Shown here in pieces: positions 1-7,153 of a DNA stretch of 32,000 bases. The stretch is from assembly GCA_008080745.1 (NCBI GenBank), contig SHMX01000008.1, positions 30,001 through 62,000 on the forward strand, in the 5' to 3' direction. Positions within the stretch are counted from its first letter, which is position 1, and the number at the start of each line of letters is the position of its first letter. The notes beneath the pieces were generated by a model, which ran no database searches, was not told the DNA's origin, and saw nothing but the letters and a program-made list of their open reading frames with translations. The translations under genes were made by a program, and so were the position numbers. The DNA is from Candidatus Thorarchaeota archaeon (GTDB taxonomy: Archaea > Asgardarchaeota > Thorarchaeia > Thorarchaeales > Thorarchaeaceae).

Positions 1-1
1 A

Positions 2-1615
2 GCTTTTACATTGAATATGATCTCTCAAATGCAGACCATAATTTTTTCTGGTCCCTCAACAAGTCTCTTTTCTTTGGGATTTGTTGTCGACACCTATAGT
101 GTCATGATCTCTATCATTCTTGGAATTGGTCTGACTCTTTTTGCTGGTTATTTTCCTGCGTTATCGACAACTAGACAATCAGTTTCAAAAAGTCTCTCTG
201 GTGGAAATCCTTTTAGTAAATTAATCACTGATAATAAGCCCAAAAAAGAACTGAGGTTGGCCCATCTAATAATCACCATCGTGAGTTCGTTTATCATAGG
301 ATTTGTTATCCTACAACTCTTATCAGATATTTTTCACTTGGGAATCGTTTCAGAAGATTCTATAAGATTGGCAGCAATACCTGGGTTTCTGGTTCTATTT
401 GCTCTCCTCTCCCCGCGTATCTCAAATTCTAGTGGGATTCTCAAGATGTTAACCAAACGAAGCAAAGTTGTTATTCGATATTTATCCTCCAGAAATTCAC
501 GACGCAATACGTTATCTTCTCTTGTGATTTTTAATCTTTTTTGCGCTGTTACTGTATTATTCATTGCATCTACGAATGTTGGTTTCATGGTCACGGAATC
601 GTGGAAACAAAATATTGGATATCAAGCAACATCAGCTAATCTAGTGGCATATATGGATCCTCCAGTTGAAATGGATTTTCTAGATGCCGTTCAATCTTAC
701 TCTGAAGTAAGAACAGCCGTACCTATGAATCAGGATTTATATCATTTTACAAGTCAAGCATCTAGTCTTACAGGGCTTTTGTTAGCAACAGAACCTACGG
801 GTTTTGAACAGTTAGCATCATTAGCTATCCTTGAGTCTGTAAACGAATCTGCAGGTCTTGATATTCTACACATTTCAATGTCATGTGTTATTTCGGATGA
901 TACCGCTCTTGAATTAGATGTTACTCTGGGCGATACAATTCGAACTCACAATAATTATACCCTCTCAGTAGTTGGTATTTGTTCGTCCTCCATCGCAATA
1001 TTTGTTGTATCAGTAATCAATCCATTGTTTGCTATTGTGGGGACTGAAACTTGGTCCACTATACAAGAGGAAGATTTCAAAATCGGAAGTCTCCTCATAG
1101 AATCTACCAATCCCTCAAATACATTAGACACTCTTTCTGATATTTCTGGAGTACATCCTGTTTTAGTGTCGAATATTCTCGCTGATTACGAAACTGCGTT
1201 GTTCACTGTAGAACAGATGATTAATTCCTCTCTGATTGCACTTCTTGCTGTGACTTTTGCCAGCGCTCTACTTAGCTCTTGGTCTCTAGCTGCTTCTCGA
1301 AGAAGAGAGATTGGGATGCTATCCGCCTTTGGGATGACACGTGAGGAGATTGCAAAAACTCTGACGGCTGAAAGCACTGTGGCATTTGTAGGTGGGGTAT
1401 TGGCAGGATGTGTAGCTGGTTATTTAGTCCAATTATCAATCTCCCGTATCATAATTAGAATCACTGGTGACCTTTTCATTCTCATATCACCTCTTGTCAT
1501 TTTTCTCATAATTTTCTCACTCATTGTGTCAATTCTTGGTTCATACCTCACAGTGGCAAGAGTGACAAGAGAGAATGTGGTATCTTTACTCAGGGAAGAA
1601 AGTAGAACTGACTGA
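2..1615 (+). CDS. FtsX/MacB-type ABC transporter permease (5'-truncated by the window edge)
   Basis: Frame is open from base 2, so the true start lies upstream. Several TM segments, a ~200-aa extracytoplasmic domain, then a C-terminal FtsX-type motif (AASRRREIGMLSAFGMTREEIAKTLTAES) followed by TM helices. Confidence 0.85.
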   Translation, partial: AFTLNMISQMQTIIFSGPSTSLFSLGFVVDTYSVMISIILGIGLTLFAGYFPALSTTRQSVSKSLSGGNPFSKLITDNKPKKELRLAHLIITIVSSFIIGFVILQLLSDIFHLGIVSEDSIRLAAIPGFLVLFALLSPRISNSSGILKMLTKRSKVVIRYLSSRNSRRNTLSSLVIFNLFCAVTVLFIASTNVGFMVTESWKQNIGYQATSANLVAYMDPPVEMDFLDAVQSYSEVRTAVPMNQDLYHFTSQASSLTGLLLATEPTGFEQLASLAILESVNESAGLDILHISMSCVISDDTALELDVTLGDTIRTHNNYTLSVVGICSSSIAIFVVSVINPLFAIVGTETWSTIQEEDFKIGSLLIESTNPSNTLDTLSDISGVHPVLVSNILADYETALFTVEQMINSSLIALLAVTFASALLSSWSLAASRRREIGMLSAFGMTREEIAKTLTAESTVAFVGGVLAGCVAGYLVQLSISRIIIRITGDLFILISPLVIFLIIFSLIVSILGSYLTVARVTRENVVSLLREESRTD

Positions 1616-1673
1616 TTGTTTCCTCAGCTTCGTAATTACTGTAATCGATTGATTATGGATAAAATTCGGGAAG

Positions 1674-1704
1674 AATCCTTCTTCTTTTGAAAGAAGAATG
1701 GATT
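1674..1704. terminator. Hairpin between convergent transcription units, possible bidirectional terminator
   Basis: AATCC-TTCTTCTTT-tg-AAAGAAGAA-t-GGATT: 9-bp perfect inner stem plus 5-bp outer stem, located between the permease stop (1615) and the sORF3 stop (1729). Confidence 0.55.
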
Positions 1705-1728
1705 TGAAAATTTAAGAAAACTGAGTGC

Positions 1729-1833
1729 TCAGGTTGCTTCCAACGCGAGCACTTCACTGAAAGTGAGTTCACCACTCTTGCTAGAGTCCTGGTGTGTGGG
1801 AGTCGATTGCTTATCTTGAACGCTGGAGTTCAT
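1729..1833 (-). CDS. Micro-ORF 3, 34 aa, acidic (MNSSVQDKQSTPTHQDSSKSGELTFSEVLALEAT)
   Basis: ATG is preceded by GGAGATGA plus TCTCA, the same junction geometry as sORF2. The stop is followed by a CTGAG-ca-CTCAG palindrome and a T-rich tract on the minus strand. I recognise no homolog. Confidence 0.55.
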   Translation of the reverse strand: MNSSVQDKQSTPTHQDSSKSGELTFSEVLALEAT

Positions 1834-1838
1834 TGAGA

Positions 1839-1922
1839 TCATCTCCTGAAGTAAGCGTGGGTGATAGCCTTGGTCGAGGGGGACTTGGTGTCCTTGATGA
1901 TCTTGGTCTTGGATACTGCCAT
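1839..1922 (-). CDS. Micro-ORF 2, 27 aa, basic (MAVSKTKIIKDTKSPSTKAITHAYFRR)
   Basis: Hand translation. SD-like GGAGGTAA then TCTCA before the ATG. Shares STKA-x-x-[YH]AY with sORF1. All 5 Lys codons are AAG and all 3 Ile codons are ATC. Confidence 0.7.
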   Translation of the reverse strand: MAVSKTKIIKDTKSPSTKAITHAYFRR

Positions 1923-1927
1923 TGAGA

Positions 1928-2032
1928 TTACCTCCAGTATGTGTAAGCATAGGACAGAGCCTTGGTGCTCTGAGTCTTACGGGTGTTGTTCTTCTTCTCG
2001 GATTCAGTTCGGGAGTTCTTTGCAAACGCCAT
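1928..2032 (-). CDS. Micro-ORF 1, 34 aa, basic (MAFAKNSRTESEKKNNTRKTQSTKALSYAYTYWR)
   Basis: Hand translation. ATG lies 31 nt downstream of a TTATATAC TATA box, implying a near-leaderless mRNA. Paralogous C-terminus with sORF2. All 5 Lys codons are AAG and all 3 Asn codons are AAC. Confidence 0.7.
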   Translation of the reverse strand: MAFAKNSRTESEKKNNTRKTQSTKALSYAYTYWR

Positions 2033-2045
2033 GATTGTTCACAAC

Positions 2046-2071
2046 ATATACTACTCCAAGTTAGTATATAA
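2046..2071 (-). promoter_or_regulatory. Candidate TATA box (TTATATAC, 2071-2064) overlapped by an 8-bp perfect inverted repeat
   Basis: ATATACTA(2046-2053)-N8-TAGTATAT(2062-2069). The TATA position fits a transcription start near 2040, about 8 nt before the sORF1 ATG. Confidence 0.55.
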
Positions 2072-2101
2072 TGGAAAGCCACGATTATAGGACACACAAT
2101 G

Positions 2102-2120
2102 TAGTCACAAATTGTGACTA
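2102..2120. promoter_or_regulatory. Perfect 9-bp palindrome, candidate transcription-factor operator
   Basis: TAGTCACAA-a-TTGTGACTA, about 30 bp upstream of the micro-ORF TATA box. Confidence 0.5.
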
Positions 2121-2243
2121 TCTGCCCTATCATAACAATTACCTATCGGGGATAAACATTCTAATCTAGAAAAGTGATTAAGCTGATACTATTACACAAA
2201 ATAAACTAAACATAAAATCAGTTATTTGGTCTATTGTGCTAAT

Positions 2244-2279
2244 GGAAAGAAAAAGGTAGGGACTGACCCTTGCCAGTCC
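2244..2279 (-). terminator. Candidate terminator downstream of rubredoxin
   Basis: Minus strand GGACTG-N8-CAGTCC stem starting at the stop codon, followed by CCTTTTTCTTTCC. Confidence 0.45.
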
Positions 2280-2437
2280 TATAGTTTCTCGAAATCCTCT
2301 TTTCCAGCCCCGCACATTGGACATACCCAATCGTCTGGTATGTCTTCAAATTTTGTACCAGGGTCGACACCATTCTCAGGATCTCCCTTGTCTTCGTCAT
2401 AAACCCAACCACATACAAGACATTCCCATTTAGCCAT
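2279..2437 (-). CDS. rub: Rubredoxin (52 aa)
   Basis: [14 protein letters not shown]...DDWVCPMCG has two CxxCG motifs and the canonical length. GGAGA SD lies upstream of the ATG at 2437, so the start is shortened from the 73-aa track ORF. Confidence 0.95.
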   Translation of the reverse strand: MAKWECLVCGWVYDEDKGDPENGVDPGTKFEDIPDDWVCPMCGAGKEDFEKL

Positions 2438-2600
2438 ATGTTTGTCTCCAATTGACTTATTCTGGTCCTGAATCGGACCTGTATTCTTTTCAAATCGCAT
2501 TTTCAGATAAAAGGCTTGTCTTAGAGTGAAAAAGAATGGAAAATCAAAATCTAAAAAAGAAGAAAAGGACTCACAGCAAAAGCTGCAAGTCTAAGTTATT

Positions 2601-5024
2601 CTATGGTCTTCTACGAACGAGTAGGATTGCAACACCGATAACTGCTACTCCTCCGACACCAGCTGCAACATAGAGGGTGGGTATACCCAAAATGGATTCA
2701 GGCCAGAAACCTCCAGTGACCAACACTTGGTAACCTGGAGCGGACATAGCATAGCGAGCAGTTCCATCCCAACTCTCAGGGGTGGAGGCGTCAAAACTGT
2801 CTAGTGTCGTATTGAAGTAGACACAGATTGCAGGTATATCGGTATAGAGACCAGCATCGCTGGCAGGTACTGTGAAGGTTATTTCCCAGGTTGATCCTGC
2901 TGTTAAAGAGTCACGTGTCCAATAGAAATCACGGTCTCCGTCGAGTCCTGAGCTCATGCCATCAAGTACTTTGACATCATAGGCTGTTGCATCACCATAG
3001 TTGTGAACTGTTATGGTATAATCGAGAGTGCCACCTACTGGAACTTCCCGTGTGGTTGGACTCTTTGTTACAACTAAGTAGGGACCATCGAAATTAACTG
3101 CACTTGGATCAGCATCAAAGGTCATACTGAATGTATCAGTGTTGATATCTTCGAATACTGGAGTTGGGCTAGTGAACATGTCAACATTGATTGCACCAGC
3201 AAATCCAATTCCTGCCATTAGTGATGTACCAAGATCTGCCATGAGATAAGGTGTGATGTGCTCTTGGAGGTTGGTAGCATTAAGCATGTCTTGAACTGCA
3301 GCCTTAATAGCTGGAATGTCATCATTTGCCATCGCAGTCCATAGAGCTCCGAGCGTAAGCTCCCAATGCTCCTCTACAAAGGTTGCTATTGCCTCTTTAG
3401 ACTGGAATTCTGATGGTAAGTCTACAGCAGCAAAATCGCTTAGGAATGACTCTACACCATCAATGAATGTATTAAGATATCCCTCAAGTGCTACAGGGTC
3501 TGCGTAATAGTCGTTATCTAAGATGTTCAAAAGATTGTACGCATCGAAATAATCTATGAATGCCTTCACTATCGCTGCATATGGATTTTCTGAATACAGA
3601 CTATCATCAATTCTTGAAATCAAAGCATCTGAATTCAGTCCAGCCTGATTCATTATTTGAGCTATAAGGTCCATATTCAACTCTACTAATGCTGTTTCAG
3701 GAAGCTCTGAAAAGTCCAGATTCAAAATTGTCTGTCTTAAATCGGGCATGGGAACTACAGAGTTCCAGAGCTGCTCAATTATACTGTCAAACATTTTCGA
3801 ATCGATGCTTCCAATAGAATCATGAGCTTCCAGAGCTAATTGAGTGGGCATATAAGTTAAGACCGCTTGAATAACCTCAGCGAGAGTACTGTTCTCAGGA
3901 AGTGTTTTCCCTGGCAGAGTAATCTCAGTTGGAATTTCAAAGCTCTCATCTATGGTTGTCCATCCTGCTGGTAATCCATTGAAAGTCAAATGTGCTGGTG
4001 CTGCTCCAACTAACACCGATATTGATTCTGCTGTATCATCTTGATACATCTTATTCTGTAGATTTTCTGTAAATCCAACGTGATCCAATAGACTGTATTC
4101 TTCGTCACCTGAGACCGCCTCAACTTGTCCAGGAACATTCTGTGAGGCCTGAGCACCGACTACAAGGTTCATCTCACATTCATAGCTTGGATGACTTGCA
4201 TGGGGCCTATAATAGGGGTAACCAACATAACCTAGTAATGAAACAAGTGAACCTGGGGTATATTGTGATGGTCGATAAATTGCTGGAAATATGACCTCCG
4301 TGGTTGCTGTCAAGAGGTCTGTCCATTCAGATGCCCCGATGACATCCATAAATCCACCAAGTGTTGCGAGTCTTGACCTCATTGTGTTGAGAGCAGTAAC
4401 TCCTCCATCCGGACTTAAGATTGTCACATATGTCAATTCATAACCATAGTAATTGACCCATTCTGAACCTGTATATTCAGTATCAACTATTGTTTTCATG
4501 ATCTCCAATCTTTGTAGATCAATACTGAACGCTGATTCATAAAGGATAACGATATCTTCAGCGATGTCGATTGCTTCAGTGCTAGATACATTCTCATAAT
4601 ATTGGTCATCGAGCTCTGGAACAATCACTACAGGAGTGACTGTAAGTTGTAATACCGCCATTGCAGCGCCCATTGCACCATTTGGAAATGGTGTGGTTCC
4701 TCCTAAGTTAAATGTGATTCGTGATACATAGCCTTCTTCACTAGCCAATTGACTGTCAATTGCAGATTCGATAGCGTCTGTATGTGAATAGTCATAATAG
4801 GATGCATTTTGAACAGCACCCACTATGTCGTAGACTCCTCCCCATGCATCAACCATGGATCCTGCTACCTCAATAGTCTGTATATTAGGGTCCGTCGTGG
4901 CTGGCGAATGATTTGGAGTAACGACCATTTGTGGTGTGCTTATGAAGTTACCCGCAAATACTGGCATTACTAATGTAATAGCCATAAATACAGCTAACAA
5001 TAAGTTACTTTTTCGATAATTCAT
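2601..5024 (-). CDS. Large acidic secreted/cell-surface protein with a C-terminal DUF11-like Ig-fold domain and TM anchor
   Basis: N-terminal signal peptide (MNYRKSNLLLAVFMAITLVMPVFA), DUF11-like segment (VVTKSPTTREVPVGGTLDYTITVHNYGDATAYDVKVLD), C-terminal hydrophobic helix plus RRRP. GAGGAG SD upstream. Confidence 0.8.
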   Translation of the reverse strand: MNYRKSNLLLAVFMAITLVMPVFAGNFISTPQMVVTPNHSPATTDPNIQTIEVAGSMVDAWGGVYDIVGAVQNASYYDYSHTDAIESAIDSQLASEEGYVSRITFNLGGTTPFPNGAMGAAMAVLQLTVTPVVIVPELDDQYYENVSSTEAIDIAEDIVILYESAFSIDLQRLEIMKTIVDTEYTGSEWVNYYGYELTYVTILSPDGGVTALNTMRSRLATLGGFMDVIGASEWTDLLTATTEVIFPAIYRPSQYTPGSLVSLLGYVGYPYYRPHASHPSYECEMNLVVGAQASQNVPGQVEAVSGDEEYSLLDHVGFTENLQNKMYQDDTAESISVLVGAAPAHLTFNGLPAGWTTIDESFEIPTEITLPGKTLPENSTLAEVIQAVLTYMPTQLALEAHDSIGSIDSKMFDSIIEQLWNSVVPMPDLRQTILNLDFSELPETALVELNMDLIAQIMNQAGLNSDALISRIDDSLYSENPYAAIVKAFIDYFDAYNLLNILDNDYYADPVALEGYLNTFIDGVESFLSDFAAVDLPSEFQSKEAIATFVEEHWELTLGALWTAMANDDIPAIKAAVQDMLNATNLQEHITPYLMADLGTSLMAGIGFAGAINVDMFTSPTPVFEDINTDTFSMTFDADPSAVNFDGPYLVVTKSPTTREVPVGGTLDYTITVHNYGDATAYDVKVLDGMSSGLDGDRDFYWTRDSLTAGSTWEITFTVPASDAGLYTDIPAICVYFNTTLDSFDASTPESWDGTARYAMSAPGYQVLVTGGFWPESILGIPTLYVAAGVGGVAVIGVAILLVRRRP

Positions 5025-5211
5025 TAAGTATTCTCCTCGAATTTGAAATATGTAGGATAAGACTGATAGGTGGTGCGTCCCCTACATCAGTATCCATTAC
5101 TCGCGATGGTTTATGAACTTTTGCAGAAACCAGCCAATGACTAAATAGGTAATCGGATGTTAATAATAGAATTGAAAGAGCTGACAGTGATTCTGCCAGC
5201 TCTAGATTTAT

Positions 5212-6555
5212 CTACATAGATTCTTCTGATTGATCAGGCTCTTCTTCAGTTTCTGAATATTCTTCTGATTCTATAGGGGTTTCTTCGGATACCTTTTCGG
5301 TTTCAGAACTATCTGGCTCCATTTCAGTTTCTGGCTCATCCGAAGGCTTCTCCGGTTCTGATTCTTCGGGCTTGTGTTTTTCCTCTTCTTCAACTGGTTC
5401 GTGAACTGGTTTTTCTTCAGCTTTTACATCCGCGACTTTACCAATTCTTCGGAGATAGAATAGCTCCATAATAAGGGCAATCAAGGGGAAGATTAGTAGT
5501 TTGACCAAATCACTGATGGATTCAGCAAAGGCCTGTGCTGCTGGGTCCACAAGTATTGGGAACATTAAGTCTGCAAAGTAATATCCTATTGCCATGAAGA
5601 AGGTAATTCCAGCTGCGGTTTCTCCAGATATCTTGATTCTAGTATCAAGATTTTCGCGACTTGCGAGTGTCCTTCCAACAGAACTCATAGTATAAATTAC
5701 AAAGAAAATGGATATTGCAACTCCTACAAAATCCCAAGGTGTACCAGCGGGTTTGCCCGCATTGTATATGAAATATGCAGAATATAACGAAATAAACAAG
5801 CCCACCAACGCTACGTTATCAAGAGTGGTCTTATTCCGATGTCGTGCCATAATGAGGCCGTTTACGAAATTGAATCCTGAAGCTGCTAATGCACCCAAGA
5901 CGAGTAATCCTAGTAGTAATGCATTACCTGGAATCAAGAAATTAAGTAATTCTGGGTTTATGAAAACGACCGTGAATATGAGCGACCCAATTATTACAAA
6001 ATAACAGAAGAGATTACTCACACCAACAATCAACTTCATCCATCTTGACGTTGCTTGTGTATCCGCCATATCCGCATACTTCAATGCATTTCTTGTTGAT
6101 AGATATGCTTGGAATGCAATCCAACCAAAGAATGCAACTCCAAATATTATTCCGAGAAATATCGGTAATGCGAATAAAATGAACATTATCAAGATAATAC
6201 TACTAATAATTATCCATGGGATTAGATATAGTAGTGATTTCTTGTATGACTCTTCACTTGCAACATATTTTTGCATTCCCAAAGAGGATACAAGAGCTGT
6301 GAGCATAAAGAATACAGGCCATATTCCACCACCTAAAGCGGTTACAAATATGACTGCACCTTGTAGTGCTGGACTTACATCTAGTACTATCCTTCCTATT
6401 ACTGTTAAACCTGAGATTGCTATCAGAGCTATGATAAATACAATCGTCAGCCACTTCAGACGTTTTGACCTCAAAAACAACTTGAGGCCTTCAATGAATC
6501 CTGATATCACTGGTATTTCCATTACATTCGTCTCCTTGTACAAATAATCCATCAA
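5212..6555 (-). CDS. Hypothetical multipass membrane protein (~10 TM) with a Glu-rich low-complexity C-terminal tail
   Basis: About ten hydrophobic segments by eye, then ~75 aa rich in E/P/S. No family recognised. Confidence 0.8.
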   Translation of the reverse strand: MMDYLYKETNVMEIPVISGFIEGLKLFLRSKRLKWLTIVFIIALIAISGLTVIGRIVLDVSPALQGAVIFVTALGGGIWPVFFMLTALVSSLGMQKYVASEESYKKSLLYLIPWIIISSIILIMFILFALPIFLGIIFGVAFFGWIAFQAYLSTRNALKYADMADTQATSRWMKLIVGVSNLFCYFVIIGSLIFTVVFINPELLNFLIPGNALLLGLLVLGALAASGFNFVNGLIMARHRNKTTLDNVALVGLFISLYSAYFIYNAGKPAGTPWDFVGVAISIFFVIYTMSSVGRTLASRENLDTRIKISGETAAGITFFMAIGYYFADLMFPILVDPAAQAFAESISDLVKLLIFPLIALIMELFYLRRIGKVADVKAEEKPVHEPVEEEEKHKPEESEPEKPSDEPETEMEPDSSETEKVSEETPIESEEYSETEEEPDQSEESM

Positions 6556-6571
6556 TGCAATATGTATACAG

Positions 6572-7048
6572 CTATTTAGTCTTGATGTGATAGAGTATTT
6601 CTTCCTCTATGGTTGATTTAATTGATGGTTTTTCAATAATCGTGCCAATACGTTTTCCATCTTTCCCAAAGATTTCTATCCAGGGGATCGCTTTTACCTT
6701 CCACTTCTCCATCTCAGGAGGGGATGGTGGAATTGCCCATTGAACATCTGGATCGAGAGGTACTGTCTTTACTTTGCCAAAAGACCTAATTTCTAAGCCA
6801 ATCTCTTCCTCTAGCTTAAGCAGGACTGGAATCGCATTTACGCAGTCTTTGCACCAAGCTGCACTTATCACAACTATACTAATATCTGGGGCATATTCTC
6901 TGAGTTCTTTAGCTGCATCTTGGTTCAATTGGTAGTCATTGTAAACAGAAAGAAATTTTTCTCTATCCTTCTCTTTCATTCCTTCGATGTATTTCCTCAC
7001 ACTCTGAGTTCTAGAACGAATATCCTCAAGATTTACCATTTCAATCAT
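6572..7048 (-). CDS. Thioredoxin-fold protein (WCKDC)
   Basis: ISAAWCKDCVNAIP CxxC motif and a later AIPWIEIF cis-Pro-type motif. Start uncertain (7048 or 7039). The 7129 start would overlap the divergent GTPase ORF. Confidence 0.8.
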   Translation of the reverse strand: MIEMVNLEDIRSRTQSVRKYIEGMKEKDREKFLSVYNDYQLNQDAAKELREYAPDISIVVISAAWCKDCVNAIPVLLKLEEEIGLEIRSFGKVKTVPLDPDVQWAIPPSPPEMEKWKVKAIPWIEIFGKDGKRIGTIIEKPSIKSTIEEEILYHIKTK

Positions 7049-7153
7049 TTCAAAATGTAATATTTCTGATAAAACCCTTCCCATGGTGCTTTCCTTTACC
7101 GTATGAAAAATCCTCATATGTATAGTCACAAATCAAATGTTACAGTGAATGAC

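Noticed and set aside
1833-1841. Selenocysteine or readthrough at the sORF2 TGA, or frameshifting that fuses the three micro-ORFs
   Set aside because: A second in-frame TGA follows three codons later, no slippery heptamer is evident, and each downstream ORF has its own SD and ATG.
1860-1990. Histone-tail-like look of the Lys/Ser/Thr-rich peptides (RKTQSTKA, KSPSTKA)
   Set aside because: Low-complexity resemblance over a few residues, not distinguishable from chance.
1729-2032. SRP RNA or RNase P RNA (about 300 nt, GC-elevated block)
   Set aside because: I could not find the SRP helix-8 arrangement (CCAGG-stem-GNRA-stem-AGCAG) or the RNase P GAGGAAAGUCC motif on either strand, and the coding signals explain the composition. 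An Infernal/Rfam scan would settle it.
1729-2133. 134-aa ORF from the track as one protein
   Set aside because: Its 5' part runs through the palindromes and TATA box, and its middle is the out-of-frame reading of sORF1 and sORF2. Only the last 34 codons have an SD-led start.
2239-2500. 84-aa overlapping ORF and the 21-aa N-terminal extension of rubredoxin
   Set aside because: The first is a shadow frame. Canonical rubredoxin length and the SD position favour the ATG at 2437.
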